Of a stretch of 64,000 nt of DNA, positions 1 through 12,453 are shown in pieces (positions within the stretch are counted from its first letter, which is position 1; each line of letters starts with the position of its first letter). This stretch comes from Syntrophaceae bacterium UBA7520 (GTDB lineage: Bacteria > Desulfobacterota > Syntrophia > Syntrophales > Smithellaceae): NCBI GenBank assembly GCA_002478265.1, contig DLNC01000019.1:2866-66865 (forward strand). The letters are read 5' to 3'. The position numbers and the translations under genes are program-made. A model generated the notes under the pieces. That model searched no databases. It worked only from the letters and a program-made list of their open reading frames with translations, and was not told where the DNA came from.

Positions 1-126
1 TCAATCGGCAAAATCTGCAAAAATTGAATTAAAAACAGTTTCTTCGCTACAGGAAATGCTGGATAATTTATTTTAAGTCCACTCGCCAATATAATCATTA
101 AAATTCCTAAAAAAACCTTCTAAGTA

Positions 127-155
127 TTGACATCAAAGGAAAAATGTTTAAGTTA
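127..155 (+). promoter_or_regulatory. candidate sigma70-type promoter upstream of groES
   Basis: TTGACA at 127-132, 16-17 nt spacer, then TAAGTT/AAGTTA at 149-155, about 60 nt upstream of the groES ATG. No CIRCE inverted repeat is recognisable. Confidence 0.3.
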
Positions 156-217
156 GCGCCGCTGCTGAAGCATTTATACGGATTATTATATTAAAACAGG
201 AAAGGAGATAAAAAAGC

Positions 218-508
218 ATGAAAATCAGACCCTTACAAGATAGAATTATCGTAAAACGTCTGGAAGAGGAGCAAAAAACCAAGGGCGGAATCATTATCCC
301 CGACACCGCCAAAGAAAAACCCATTGAAGGCAAAGTAGTAGCCGTAGGCAAGGGCAAAATAGCCGATGACGGCAAGCTTATCCCCATCGAAGTCAAAGTG
401 GGCGACAAAGTCCTTTTCAGCAAATACGGCGGCACCGAGGTGAAAATCGATGGCGAAGAGTATTTGATCATGAGAGAAGACGACATTTTAGGCATTATCG
501 AAAAATAA
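218..508 (+). CDS. groES: co-chaperonin GroES (Cpn10)
   Basis: 96 aa. [14 protein letters not shown]...[13 protein letters not shown]...[14 protein letters not shown] is the classic Cpn10 pattern. AGGAG RBS upstream; groEL starts 26 nt downstream. Confidence 0.97.
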   Translation: MKIRPLQDRIIVKRLEEEQKTKGGIIIPDTAKEKPIEGKVVAVGKGKIADDGKLIPIEVKVGDKVLFSKYGGTEVKIDGEEYLIMREDDILGIIEK

Positions 509-519
509 GAATAATTTAA

Positions 520-2187
<1,668 letters not shown>

Positions 2188-2230
2188 GGAATAGCTTGAA
2201 GACTTAAGACCAAAGGCTAAAGTTATAAAA

Positions 2231-2268
2231 CAAAAAAGCCCCTTGTCCCTTGGACAAGGGGCTTTTTT
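2231..2268 (+). terminator. rho-independent terminator after groEL
   Basis: 12-bp perfect stem AGCCCCTTGTCC (2237-2248) / GGACAAGGGGCT (2252-2263), 3-nt loop, followed by a T-run. Confidence 0.85.
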
Positions 2269-2341
2269 GTTACCACGATAACATTGACACTTAGCCCTGG
2301 TAAGAAGTATATAACCTGAGGAAGGCGCTCTGGAAAATCTG

Positions 2342-2842
2342 ATGATAACCATTAAGGCAGCCAAACAAACTGATGCAATGGAAATAAGATCGCTGCTTTG
2401 TAAAGTCTGGCAAGATACTTTTGAGGGCGTTTTGCCGGAAAAAACCGTCACCGAAGTTCCGCTGAAGGCATATGATTACAAGCTGTTGAAATCGCAACTT
2501 GAGGACCCGGCTGTTAAATTTCTTGTTGCGAAAGACTCCACCGGAAAAATTATCGGCGTCACCAACGCGAAACAGCAAAACGAGGTTATATACATTAACC
2601 GCTTATACATTGACCGCGCCTACCAGCGAATGGGTCTGGGCAACGCGTTCATAAATGAACTGATCAAACAATTTCCTTTAGCAGAGAAAGTTGTTCTTGA
2701 AGTTGTGGAAAAGAATGCAAAAGGTATTAGCTTTTATTTAAAGAATGGGTTTATGGTTACCGGCAAAAATAAAAGTAAAATCGGCGACCATGTTTTGGAT
2801 GTATTGGTTTTGCAAAAAAACCTGGAACAAGGCTCTTTTTAA
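2342..2842 (+). CDS. GNAT family N-acetyltransferase
   Basis: 166 aa. Acetyl-CoA binding motif RLYIDRAYQRMGLGNAFINELI, followed by the typical YLKNGF segment. Confidence 0.8.
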   Translation: MITIKAAKQTDAMEIRSLLCKVWQDTFEGVLPEKTVTEVPLKAYDYKLLKSQLEDPAVKFLVAKDSTGKIIGVTNAKQQNEVIYINRLYIDRAYQRMGLGNAFINELIKQFPLAEKVVLEVVEKNAKGISFYLKNGFMVTGKNKSKIGDHVLDVLVLQKNLEQGSF

Positions 2843-3525
2843 AGCCCTCCGTCTTCCAGTTTTACGAAATTAAACCCCTTCCTGCGCAGTGCGGTAACAA
2901 TACTGGGCAACGCCTCGCCGGTGCTGTAACCCCTGCCGTTGATATGAAAGATAAGAATGCTCCCCGGTTTTGTCTTGAAAACGACCCATTGTTTAAGTTT
3001 TTCCGGGGTAATATTTTGATCCGGGTCACCGCTGGGAAAAGTCCAGTGCACTACCTTATAATGCATTCTTTCAAGCCGTTCCACGCTTTTTTCATCACAA
3101 TCTCCTTCTGGGAAACGGAAATATTTAGCTTTTCTGCCGGTTATGCTTTTTATTAATTGATCGGCCACCATCACTTCGCGCCTGAGCTTTTCCTCAGGCA
3201 AAAGTTCCATATGCGAGTAATGACTCAATGAATGATTTTCTATTTCAACAAATGGCAACTTCGCGATCTCACGCAGGCGCTCTTTGTTCCTGCGCGCGAA
3301 TTTCCCCGTCACAAAAACAGTAAAAGGTATCTTCTCCCTGATAAGATACGAAAGAATTGTTTCCTCAAAATACACTGGGACCGAAGATTCGCAGGCATCA
3401 AAGGTCAGGGCCACACTCTTAATATTTAACTTCTCAATAACGTTTGCGTGGACCGGAATAGCTAAAACAAAACTTAAAACGATAAAAGCGATTATGATTA
3501 AAGCAGAAATGTTTTTTCGCGCCAT
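2839..3525 (-). CDS. polysaccharide deacetylase (NodB homology) family protein
   Basis: Motifs LTFDAC, ENHSLSH and ILIFHING. N-terminal signal/anchor MARKNISALIIIAFIVLSFVLAIPVHA. Start is ambiguous: ATG 3525 is preferred, TTG 3552 is possible. Confidence 0.8.
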   Translation of the reverse strand: MARKNISALIIIAFIVLSFVLAIPVHANVIEKLNIKSVALTFDACESSVPVYFEETILSYLIREKIPFTVFVTGKFARRNKERLREIAKLPFVEIENHSLSHYSHMELLPEEKLRREVMVADQLIKSITGRKAKYFRFPEGDCDEKSVERLERMHYKVVHWTFPSGDPDQNITPEKLKQWVVFKTKPGSILIFHINGRGYSTGEALPSIVTALRRKGFNFVKLEDGGL

Positions 3526-3583
3526 GATAAAAATAACGATATTTTTTAACAAATTTTTATAAAATTTAATGAATCCGAATCTA

Positions 3584-4207
3584 TCACTGATTCTCCTTTT
3601 TTAACCCTTTGTAAAGCATATAGCCAAAGAAAATAATACCGCAGACAAAAAAGAAAATCGAAATGTCCGTGTAATATTCTTCCAAAAGTTCTTTCTGCGT
3701 GTAGAGAAAAAATCCCAGCAAAACGAGTATGATATTCCAGAGGCCGGAACCCAGCGCGGTGAAGAGTAAAAACCGCTTGAAATTCATTTTGGCAAATCCC
3801 GCCGGAAGCGAGATGAGCTGGCGTATCGCCGGAATCAGCCGCCCGATAAAAGTGGAGCTGCGGCCGTACTTTATAAAATAACTTTCCGCCTTTTCAAGTG
3901 TATGTCTGGTAATCAGCAGAAAATGAGCGATGCGGGTATCCGCCAGTCGATAAAGCACTTTTCTGCCCAAAAAAAACGCGAAAAAGTAATTAAACGTGGC
4001 GCCGATGAGCGCGCCCGCCGTGGCGGCAAAAAACACGCCGAAAGCATTGAGCGAACCTTGCGCAGCTTTATAAGCGGCAGGAGGCACGACAATTTCTGAA
4101 GGAAAGGGAATAAATGAACTTTCGATGCTCATCAGCAGAATAACAGTGCCGTAATTGATGTGTTCCAGATACCAGGAAGTAATGGAAGAAAATATTTCCG
4201 TAATCAT
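3584..4207 (-). CDS. DedA/VTT-domain membrane protein
   Basis: Motifs ESSFIPFPSEIVVPPAAY and GRLIPAIRQLISLPAG are typical of DedA. Polytopic. ATG 4207 preferred over TTG 4243. Confidence 0.8.
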   Translation of the reverse strand: MITEIFSSITSWYLEHINYGTVILLMSIESSFIPFPSEIVVPPAAYKAAQGSLNAFGVFFAATAGALIGATFNYFFAFFLGRKVLYRLADTRIAHFLLITRHTLEKAESYFIKYGRSSTFIGRLIPAIRQLISLPAGFAKMNFKRFLLFTALGSGLWNIILVLLGFFLYTQKELLEEYYTDISIFFFVCGIIFFGYMLYKGLKKENQ

Positions 4208-4345
4208 AATAAAAAGCACCCTTGTAAAATTGACAAGACACAACTCAAAAAACGCCGGCCTACGGCTCAGTTCAGCAACAGGTTTGGCTTACATATTTTA
4301 TTTTAAAAGGATTAGCAACTTATTTCAGAAAATAAAATCGACCGG

Positions 4346-5416
4346 TTATCCCCCGGCGGATATTTTCTCGGGTTTTATTTTTTTCGTAACCGTTACTAAA
4401 AGATAAGCCAAACATAAAAAAATGACGGCACCCAGCAAATTTAAAATTACTACCAAAGCAATATGGTGTCGCATCCACGGCCAGACATGAACAATAGCAA
4501 GCTGTTCAAGATCATCTTCAAAATCAGCGGTATGGGGCACGGATAGAATGCGCATACCCACAGAATCGGGCGTAACGTGAAGAATTGCCGCGTGGTAGAA
4601 TTGGTTGTTTGGCTTATGTCGAAGCGACGCTCCACCACCTCCTGTAACTATATAGGTTGTTTTCTTTCGCTTACATTGGCCAAAGCCGTGGAAATCGCCA
4701 TTAATAGCATATTCAATGCCTAGCTCATCAATCAGCCTAAGTAGTGCTTTCTCTTCAACAAATTGTTTTCCATAAAAATATGTAGAAATCGATGAGGGAG
4801 GTACATGAAAAAAGACAAATGTATGAAGATACCGGCTAAGGTCAATGTTGCGAAACTTCTCGAGGAAGGCTAAACTTTCTTTATTGTTGAACCGGCTAGA
4901 ATCTAAAATACGCAAAACAATAAAAAGGCATTTCCGATACTCAAAACTGAAAATACTCGAACCATATATTTTCTCAAAACGCTCAATTGGAAAGCTTTGA
5001 GGATCTACGTCATGATTCCCCACAACATAAAACATGGGGCAGGGAAGAACATACTCATTCATTTCGGCATGTAGGTACCGGTGATGTTCTTCGTTATTAT
5101 CACCAGATAAATCACCTAGCAAAACCACAAAATCCAGGGGCTCCTTATGCATCTCAGAGACAATTCGTTCGAAAATACCGCTACTCCTGGCATCACCAAC
5201 CGCAGCAAATGAAAAATTACCTGCTTCTTTTACTTGTTCGAGTGCTTTTCTGTTGGCCGGAAAATTACCGAACGTTGGCGGCAAAGGCATATCACCCTCA
5301 TCTTTAACTATTACCGTATATACTTCTAAGGCGAAGGCCAATAACAGAGTGACCATGAGTATGGTGAGAATAATAATGGCGAAAATATTACGATACCGAT
5401 GTCCTGTCTTCCCCAT
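4346..5416 (-). CDS. membrane-anchored calcineurin-like metallophosphoesterase
   Basis: Motifs GDARS, LLGDLSGDNN, VVGNHD, FFHVPP and NGDFHGF. TM helices at both ends. ATG 5416 is preceded by an AGGAGA RBS. Confidence 0.8.
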   Translation of the reverse strand: MGKTGHRYRNIFAIIILTILMVTLLLAFALEVYTVIVKDEGDMPLPPTFGNFPANRKALEQVKEAGNFSFAAVGDARSSGIFERIVSEMHKEPLDFVVLLGDLSGDNNEEHHRYLHAEMNEYVLPCPMFYVVGNHDVDPQSFPIERFEKIYGSSIFSFEYRKCLFIVLRILDSSRFNNKESLAFLEKFRNIDLSRYLHTFVFFHVPPSSISTYFYGKQFVEEKALLRLIDELGIEYAINGDFHGFGQCKRKKTTYIVTGGGGASLRHKPNNQFYHAAILHVTPDSVGMRILSVPHTADFEDDLEQLAIVHVWPWMRHHIALVVILNLLGAVIFLCLAYLLVTVTKKIKPEKISAGG

Positions 5417-5465
5417 GCCTTTTCTCCTGAATTTAAACGTCTCCCCACCTTGTATCAAAGAAAAA

Positions 5466-7373
5466 TTATTTGCTAAACTTAGTCATATTTCTCAGAATCT
5501 CGAATAATTCCCGCCTCTGATCTTGATAAAATTTTTCCGGATTTTTAACAGGCATGTCATCTTTTGTCGTTACTTTTTGAGTGGAAATACCGTTATAGTT
5601 AAACGCCGCCTTATACGCATCATCAACATAGACGAGCGTATACCAGTCCGAAAGAACCGTAAATTGACGATTTTTCGCACCCAGAAGATTGATTCCCAGG
5701 GTATATTTTTCCGCCGGCGTCGTTATCCCCAAAAGAGGCAACAACGTCGCTGGAATATCCAAATGAGCTGTTATATTATTTACTTCACGGGGAGCCATAC
5801 CGGGCACCCAAAGCACCATCGGCACACGTGTCTGCTCTTCGACAAACGCGGAGCCGTGGCCCCAATGACCTTTTTCCATAAATTCTTCTCCATGGTCGCC
5901 GGTCAAGATTACTATTGTTGAATCCAAAAGCCCATGTGTCTTCAGGTATTCAAGAATACGACCGTACTGACTATCCAGGTGATGGCAGGAGTTGATATAC
6001 CGGTTTTTGATCAGACCAATGTCGCTTTTTAGATCCATGGTCGCGTAATTGAAAACTTCCAGATACGGTTTTCTGATAACGCTTTCATCAGGAAAATAAT
6101 AACGCGCGTGGGGCGATTCGAAAAACATGAAAGTCATAAAAGGGCGGCCCGGCTGCCGTTTATCAAGAAAATCGACCATGCGTGTTACGTTTTCCCGATC
6201 ATGCTGCCAGCCCGCACCTGCCGCCAACTCATTCTTATCGTGGAGCAATTTACGCGGAATATGAGCAAAAATGGTTTGAGCAAACTCCGGGTAATTGAAA
6301 TCAGCACTGGTAAAAATATCTATCTGGTATCCTTCCCGCATCAGAACATCCATGATTATCGGTCCTTTGTGTTCGTTAAGAAAACTGAACCAGTAATTTC
6401 CATAAAGGCCATAAAACATGGAGAACAAACCGTAACGGGTTGTATTGGAGCTGCCGTAATGATTCATGAAGCGCACAGCTTTTTTGGAGAAAGCCCAAGT
6501 TTGGGGCATGATCTCAGGATCAAGCATGTCCGCGCGCAGAGATTCTCCTACCAGCCAGACAATATTATATTTACGGTGTTTTGGTGTTTCCGTAAGTTGG
6601 GCAAGCGGATAACGAAGCTGAATGTTCTTCGTTTCCATTTGGAAGCCCGCCTGTTCCTTTGCTTCAAGCCCTATGGATCTAGCCAGATCGTTAAACACAA
6701 TCGGCACATACAAAGGAAAAGCATCAGCTGTGGTCAGCACAGGAGTATAGGCATAAAATTTACTCAAACCGTAGGTAAAACCCTGCAAGATTATAAGAAT
6801 TAAAAAAGCAATCCCCGAAAGAGCAAGCCTTTTACTATTGAAAAAGTTAAAACAAAAAATTCGAATTGATTTGATCTTCAACAGAACGGCGAGTAAAAAA
6901 ATTTGCAAGACCAGAAACGCAAAGAAAATAGCGCCAAATGTCAAAAAGGAAGCGATATTGCCGCCCATGGATTCGATACCGCCCGGGGTAAAAACAAGAT
7001 TCAAGACAAAACCGTTTATATGGAAACCATAAAAACGGAAAATAAAACCGTCCGTAAAGATCAAAACCTGCAGAAACCAGGTCAAAAGCACCGCGGGGAT
7101 ATACAAAAACCAGTTAGGATCAACATGCCTACTGGTTAATTGCTTATTTATCAAAGGCCTTGCTAAAATAAGTTTCAGGCCTTCCAAAACCAAGATAATC
7201 GGCAGGAGATAAAGAAAATTATAGCTCAGATATACCGCTATCGTAAATAAAACTTGTATGAAACTAATACTTTCGATTTGACGAAGAAAAACAAAACCGT
7301 TCAACAACAAAAAGAAATACGTAAGCGCCAAATATGAATGTATCAGCTTTGAATCAATGTTTTTGTTTTGCAC
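5466..7373 (-). CDS. polytopic membrane protein with C-terminal sulfatase/alkaline-phosphatase domain (YejM/PbgA-, LtaS-, EptA-like architecture)
   Basis: 635 aa. Several N-terminal TM helices, then NIVWLVGESLRADML and LTGDHGEEF sulfatase-superfamily motifs. GTG start. Confidence 0.75.
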   Translation of the reverse strand: MQNKNIDSKLIHSYLALTYFFLLLNGFVFLRQIESISFIQVLFTIAVYLSYNFLYLLPIILVLEGLKLILARPLINKQLTSRHVDPNWFLYIPAVLLTWFLQVLIFTDGFIFRFYGFHINGFVLNLVFTPGGIESMGGNIASFLTFGAIFFAFLVLQIFLLAVLLKIKSIRIFCFNFFNSKRLALSGIAFLILIILQGFTYGLSKFYAYTPVLTTADAFPLYVPIVFNDLARSIGLEAKEQAGFQMETKNIQLRYPLAQLTETPKHRKYNIVWLVGESLRADMLDPEIMPQTWAFSKKAVRFMNHYGSSNTTRYGLFSMFYGLYGNYWFSFLNEHKGPIIMDVLMREGYQIDIFTSADFNYPEFAQTIFAHIPRKLLHDKNELAAGAGWQHDRENVTRMVDFLDKRQPGRPFMTFMFFESPHARYYFPDESVIRKPYLEVFNYATMDLKSDIGLIKNRYINSCHHLDSQYGRILEYLKTHGLLDSTIVILTGDHGEEFMEKGHWGHGSAFVEEQTRVPMVLWVPGMAPREVNNITAHLDIPATLLPLLGITTPAEKYTLGINLLGAKNRQFTVLSDWYTLVYVDDAYKAAFNYNGISTQKVTTKDDMPVKNPEKFYQDQRRELFEILRNMTKFSK

Positions 7374-7676
7374 GTCTGTATTAAAATCCCGTTCTCATTT
7401 CTAAAGCGTAACGTATAATTGAATTCAGTCTTAGAATATTTTTATTTCATCAATACGCAGTGTCTTTTCCCATTCGTTTTAAAAATATTAATCCAACTCA
7501 ATAAACCACGTTCTGCTAAGCATCATTCATGCCAAGACAAAAATTACATTTAACCTGCTGATATGACGATGCTTATTATTTTATTTTGTTGCGAAAAAAT
7601 AACGGAAAATGTCGAATTTTCTGATGTCAAATATAGGCGTTTACTTTAATACATTAAAAAACAAGAATTTACATAT

Positions 7677-7692
7677 TCGACAAATTTGTCGA
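7677..7692. promoter_or_regulatory. perfect 16-bp palindrome TCGACAAATTTGTCGA in an AT-rich intergenic gap
   Basis: Read directly. Lies about 300 bp upstream of the sulfatase-family gene. A related motif occurs at 50658-50679. Confidence 0.4.
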
Positions 7693-7879
7693 CCGTTTTT
7701 CCTTTTATTGATTTTATCTGCCAGAAGATTAAAATTTTAATTTTAATGGTGTTTGTTTATAATTTCCTTCGGTAATCAAATCATTTCTGTAAAGACAACA
7801 TGACCGCGTATCTTAATAATCGCTTGCTTTTACGAATCGCAAATTCAGCTTTAACTTCATATTTCTTGCTCTTCTTTAC

Positions 7880-7922
7880 AAAAAAAATAAGCCAGCTTTG
7901 GATAGAACAGCAAAGCTGGCTT
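7880..7922 (-). terminator. rho-independent terminator downstream of htpX
   Basis: 12-bp stem AAGCCAGCTTTG (7889-7900) / CAAAGCTGGCTT (7911-7922). On the minus strand it is followed by T8 (A-run 7880-7887). Confidence 0.85.
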
Positions 7923-7949
7923 AGACTAATTATATTCAATTTTGGCATT

Positions 7950-8837
7950 TTACCGGTAAGTGGATTTTTTCAGCGCCTCGATGCGGTCATCCAGCGGCGG
8001 ATGACTCATGAATAAAATGGCCAGGCCGCGTTTGGACTTGCCGGAGATGCCGAATGCCGACATCTGATCCGGCAGCGGCTGCGTAACACTCGCTTTTAAT
8101 TTTTCCAGCGCGGCAATCATGCCGGGCGTGCCCGCGAGCTTGGCGCCGCCCGCGTCCGCGCGGTATTCACGGTGCCTGCTAAACCACATAACAATGATGC
8201 TGGCAAGGATGCCGAAAACAATCTGCGCGATAATCGTCGTCAGAAAAAATCCCAACCCGTGTCCTCTTTCGTTTTTCAGAATGACTCTGTCCACAAAATG
8301 CCCGACCAAGCGGGAGAAGAAAATAACAAAAGTGTTAACCACGCCCTGAATCAGCGTGAGCGTGATCATATCCCCGTTGGATACGTGACTTATTTCATGG
8401 CCCAAAACCGCTTCCACTTCTTCTCTGTTCATCACGCGCAGCAAGCCGGAACTTACCGCCACCAAAGCATTATTTCTGTTCATACCGGTGGCAAACGCAT
8501 TGGGAGCGGGAGAATCAAAAATTGCCACTTCCGGCATGCCGATGCCCGCTGCGGCCGCCTGTTTTTTTACCGTATCCACCAGCCAGATTTCCGTGGAGCT
8601 TCTGGGATTGGTAATCACCTGCGCGCCGGTTAAACGTTTGGCCGTCCATTTGGATATCATCAGCGAAATCAACGCGCCGCCCATGCCGAAAACCGCGGCA
8701 AAAATAAGCAGATTATACATATTCAAGTTTGTGCCGCTTTCATCGAGGATGCGATCAACGCCCAAAAGACGCAAAACGATGCTCAAAATGAAAATTACGG
8801 CGATATTGGTCAGAAGAAACAGCAAAATTCTTTTCAT
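7950..8837 (-). CDS. htpX: zinc metalloprotease HtpX (M48B)
   Basis: 295 aa. [11 protein letters not shown] zinc motif, four TM segments, C-terminal SHPPLDDRI. Confidence 0.93.
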   Translation of the reverse strand: MKRILLFLLTNIAVIFILSIVLRLLGVDRILDESGTNLNMYNLLIFAAVFGMGGALISLMISKWTAKRLTGAQVITNPRSSTEIWLVDTVKKQAAAAGIGMPEVAIFDSPAPNAFATGMNRNNALVAVSSGLLRVMNREEVEAVLGHEISHVSNGDMITLTLIQGVVNTFVIFFSRLVGHFVDRVILKNERGHGLGFFLTTIIAQIVFGILASIIVMWFSRHREYRADAGGAKLAGTPGMIAALEKLKASVTQPLPDQMSAFGISGKSKRGLAILFMSHPPLDDRIEALKKSTYR

Positions 8838-9120
8838 TTTTATTCCAAGCCTCCAATTTTATTTAAATTGCGGATATTTATAAAAAATTACTTTACACGC
8901 ATCCTAATTGTAATGCCGTGTCACAGAAAGTCAAGTGTCGTAGACCTTTTCCGATAGATACGGCGGCCGGGGCAAATTTGTCAAGAAATTATTGATGTTA
9001 AGTGATATAGAGATTGCTTGAAAGTGGTATCATTGTGTGATAGTGCACTGCCTCGTAAAAAAGCTTTTAATTTTCGCGGCATGACCGCTATTTTTTTTGA
9101 GATGAAGGAGCAATAGGTAA

Positions 9121-11910
9121 ATGGATTACAAGCAAAGCCTGAATCTGCCGCAAACCGATTTTCCGATGAAGGCGAATCTGGCCCAACGTGAGCCGGAAAT
9201 GCTCAAACGCTGGGAAGAAACAGGCATTTATAAGATGATCAGGAAAAAACTCAAGGGAGCCAAACCTTTCATTCTGCACGACGGCCCCCCTTACGCCAAT
9301 GGCAACATTCATCTGGGCACTGCGCTCAATAAAATTTTGAAAGATATCGTGGTAAAAGCGAAAAACATGAGTGGCTTTGACGGCGTTTATGTGCCGGGCT
9401 GGGACTGCCACGGACTACCGATTGAACATCAGGTGGACAAGGAACTGGGGGCTAAGAAAGCAACCATGTCTCAGGCGGACAAACGCCGCGCCTGCCGCGC
9501 TTACGCCGAAAAATATGTGGGTATTCAGCGGGAGCAGTTTAAAAGACTGGGTGTTTTTGGTGAGTGGGATAACCCTTACCTGACCATGGCCTACCCATAC
9601 GAGGCAGCAACGATTGCCGAATTCGGCAAGCTTTATCTCAACGGCAGCGTTTATAAAGGTAAAAAACCTGTTTACTGGTGCGCATCATGTAAAACGGCAC
9701 TGGCGGAAGCGGAAGTTGAATACGCGGATCATCACACGCCGTCTATTTATGTCAAATTTGCCGTGACTTCCGATATCGCCAAAGTTTTGCCGAAACTGGC
9801 CGGACAAAAAGTCAGCGTCGTTATCTGGACAACGACCCCCTGGACGATTCCCGCCAACCTGGCCATCGCGCTCAAAGATGACTTTATTTATGCCGCGGTG
9901 AAAATTGACGGCGAGGTTTTAATTGTCGCCAAAGACATGCTCGATTACTGCCTGGAGGCGTTCGGCTATAAAAATAAGAATTATGAAATTCTGGATGAAT
10001 TCAAAGGCGCGGTTCTGGAAGGGCAAAAATGCGTTCATCCGCTGGTGAAAAGAGAAAGTGTTTTGATTCTGGCGCCTTTTGTCACGCTGGAAGCGGGCAC
10101 CGGCTGCGTGCATATCGCCCCCGGCCACGGCCAGGAAGACTACGAGATCGGCCTCAAATACGGCCTGGAAAATTACGCGCCGGTGGATGACGCGGGAAAA
10201 TTTACCCAAGATGTCGAGCATTTCGCCGGGCAGTTTGTCTTCGATGCCAATGACAACGTCATCAAAAAACTGAAAGAAGCAGGCGCCCTTTTAGGGCATT
10301 TTCCCATGCAGCATTCCTATCCGCACTGTTGGCGCTGCAAGCAGCCCATTATTTTCCGCTCCACCGAGCAGTGGTTTATCTCGATGGAAAAAAACGATTT
10401 GCGCAAGAAGGCGCTTGCCGCCATCAATCAGGTGCAGTGGATTCCCGCCTGGGGGCGCGACCGCATCTATGGCATGGTGGAAAATCGGCCTGACTGGTGC
10501 ATTTCGCGCCAGCGCCTCTGGGGAGTGCCGATTACCGTTTATTACTGCGCCAAGTGCAAGAATGAAGTGCTCACCAAGGAAATCCTTGATTATCTGGTGG
10601 CGTTGGTGGAAAAAGGCGGCGCGGATATCTGGTTTGAAAAAGACACCAAAGACCTGATGCCCAAAGGCAGTGCCTGTCCGCATTGCCACTCTTCCGAATT
10701 TACCAAAGAGACAAATATTCTGGATGTATGGTTTGATTCCGGCGTCACGCACGCGGCAGTGCTGGAAAAAAGAGAAAACCTGCAATCGCCCGCGGACATG
10801 TATCTGGAGGGTTCCGATCAGCACCGCGGCTGGTTTCATTCTTCCTTGCTGGAATGCGTCGGCACAAGAGACCGCGCCCCGTATTTGAGCGTTCTGACGC
10901 ACGGATTTGTCGTGGATGGCGAAGGGAAAAAAATGTCCAAATCCCTCGGCAACACCATCGAACCGCAAGAAGTCATCGAAAAACAAGGCGCGGAAATACT
11001 CAGACTCTGGGTGGCGGCGGAAGATTACACCGATGATATCCGTATATCTGAAGAAATTCTCAAACGCCTGGTGGAGGCATACCGCCGTATCCGCAATACC
11101 GGCAGATTCATTCTGGGCAATCTTTATGATTTCAATCCGGATCAGGATTCCGCCCCCTACGGAAAAATGGAAGAAATGGACAAATGGGCGCTGCACCGTC
11201 TGCAGGAAGTAATCAAAAGAGTCCGCGACGCCTACGAGCGCTATCAGTTCCACGTGGTTTTTTACACTCTTTACAATTACTGCACCGTGGATTTAAGCGC
11301 GCTTTATCTGGACGTTTTAAAAGACCGGCTCTACACCACCAAAGCAAACTCGGCGGCGAGGCGTTCCGGCCAGACGGCAATGTTTATTGTTTTAAAAGCA
11401 ATGACCAGACTGCTGGCCCCCATTCTCACTTTCACCGCGGAAGAAATCTGGAAAGCGCTGCCTGATTGGAAAGATAAAGAGACCAGCGTGCATCTGGCGC
11501 AGTTGCCGCAGGTGGATGAGCTTTACTTTAACCCCTCTCTGGGTGACAAATGGAAAACAATAATTGATGTCCGCGCGGAAATTTCCAGGGCGCTCGAACA
11601 GGCGCGCAAAGAAAAAACAATCGGGCACTCACTGGACGCGCGCGTCAGCATCGCCGCGCCGGAAAAATTAAAGAAGCTGCTGGAGAACCATCGCCAGGAC
11701 TTGCCGGCGTTTCTGATTGTTTCGCAACTGGAACTGACAGAGCCGGATAAAATCAAAAATCCATTTCAGAGCGAAGAAATCCCGGGATTGATTGTCGGCG
11801 TGGAAAAAGCGCGCGGTGAAAAATGCCAGCGCTGCTGGATTTATTCGGAATCTCTGGGGAAAGACAAACAGCATCCGCAGGTATGCGACCGCTGCCTGAC
11901 CAACCTCTAG
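9121..11910 (+). CDS. ileS: isoleucine--tRNA ligase
   Basis: 929 aa. HIGH-type motif [18 protein letters not shown] motif KMSKSLGN, C-terminal CxxC...CxxC zinc finger. Confidence 0.98.
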   Translation: MDYKQSLNLPQTDFPMKANLAQREPEMLKRWEETGIYKMIRKKLKGAKPFILHDGPPYANGNIHLGTALNKILKDIVVKAKNMSGFDGVYVPGWDCHGLPIEHQVDKELGAKKATMSQADKRRACRAYAEKYVGIQREQFKRLGVFGEWDNPYLTMAYPYEAATIAEFGKLYLNGSVYKGKKPVYWCASCKTALAEAEVEYADHHTPSIYVKFAVTSDIAKVLPKLAGQKVSVVIWTTTPWTIPANLAIALKDDFIYAAVKIDGEVLIVAKDMLDYCLEAFGYKNKNYEILDEFKGAVLEGQKCVHPLVKRESVLILAPFVTLEAGTGCVHIAPGHGQEDYEIGLKYGLENYAPVDDAGKFTQDVEHFAGQFVFDANDNVIKKLKEAGALLGHFPMQHSYPHCWRCKQPIIFRSTEQWFISMEKNDLRKKALAAINQVQWIPAWGRDRIYGMVENRPDWCISRQRLWGVPITVYYCAKCKNEVLTKEILDYLVALVEKGGADIWFEKDTKDLMPKGSACPHCHSSEFTKETNILDVWFDSGVTHAAVLEKRENLQSPADMYLEGSDQHRGWFHSSLLECVGTRDRAPYLSVLTHGFVVDGEGKKMSKSLGNTIEPQEVIEKQGAEILRLWVAAEDYTDDIRISEEILKRLVEAYRRIRNTGRFILGNLYDFNPDQDSAPYGKMEEMDKWALHRLQEVIKRVRDAYERYQFHVVFYTLYNYCTVDLSALYLDVLKDRLYTTKANSAARRSGQTAMFIVLKAMTRLLAPILTFTAEEIWKALPDWKDKETSVHLAQLPQVDELYFNPSLGDKWKTIIDVRAEISRALEQARKEKTIGHSLDARVSIAAPEKLKKLLENHRQDLPAFLIVSQLELTEPDKIKNPFQSEEIPGLIVGVEKARGEKCQRCWIYSESLGKDKQHPQVCDRCLTNL

Positions 11911-11930
11911 CGCTGTCTGGAGAAATATCT

Positions 11931-12422
11931 ATGAAAAAGAACATGATAATATTTCTTGCCTGCGCCGCGGCGATCATCATTCTGGATCAGTTCACCAAGG
12001 CGCTCATCGCAAAAAAGCTTTTTATGTACGGAACACATATTGTTGTCGATGGTTTTTTCAACCTCGTTTACGTGATGAACCCCGGCGCGGCTTTCGGATT
12101 TCTCGCGGAAATGCCGGAATTTTTCCGCTACGCTTTTTTCATCGGCATAACCCTGCTGGCTATGGCGCTGATTATTTACTTCATCATAAAGAGCGAAAAA
12201 GAGCCCTTATTGATCATCATCGCGTTATCTCTCATTTTCGGCGGGGCGGTAGGCAACTTAATCGACCGAATAAGATTCGGCGCCGTTGTGGATTTCCTGG
12301 ATTTCTATATCGGTAGCTGGCACTGGCCGGCGTTTAATGTCGCGGATTCCGCCATAACCGTGGGGGCCATATTGATGCTCTGGCAAATAATATTCCGTCG
12401 TAAAATAACAAAAGATTCATGA
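11931..12422 (+). CDS. lspA: lipoprotein signal peptidase II
   Basis: ATG 11931 lies 21 nt after the ileS stop. Motifs NPGAAFG, GGAVGNLIDR and FNVADS. The longer ORF from 11823 would overlap ileS. ileS-lspA is a classic gene pair. Confidence 0.93.
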   Translation: MKKNMIIFLACAAAIIILDQFTKALIAKKLFMYGTHIVVDGFFNLVYVMNPGAAFGFLAEMPEFFRYAFFIGITLLAMALIIYFIIKSEKEPLLIIIALSLIFGGAVGNLIDRIRFGAVVDFLDFYIGSWHWPAFNVADSAITVGAILMLWQIIFRRKITKDS

Positions 12423-12453
12423 TTTTGCTTTGCTTGATTGATAAAGGCAGAAA

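Noticed and set aside
100-217. CIRCE (HrcA) operator or sigma32 promoter upstream of groES
   Set aside because: TTAGCGCC at 153-160 resembles a CIRCE half-site, but no inverted partner (GAGTGCTAA-like) follows. No CTTGAAA...CCCCAT pair was seen either.
7800-8015. 71-aa plus-strand ORF
   Set aside because: It traverses the htpX terminator hairpin and overlaps the htpX 3' end. The sequence is hydrophobic, low-complexity and AT-driven.
9060-9100. Attenuator or T-box-like leader upstream of ileS
   Set aside because: Only a 4-bp stem (GCGG/CCGC) before a T-run, and no specifier or T-box sequence. Insufficient evidence.
11823-11930. N-terminal extension of lspA overlapping ileS by 88 nt
   Set aside because: The extension has no similarity to LspA. 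ATG 11931 gives the canonical MKK..hydrophobic N-terminus just after the ileS stop.
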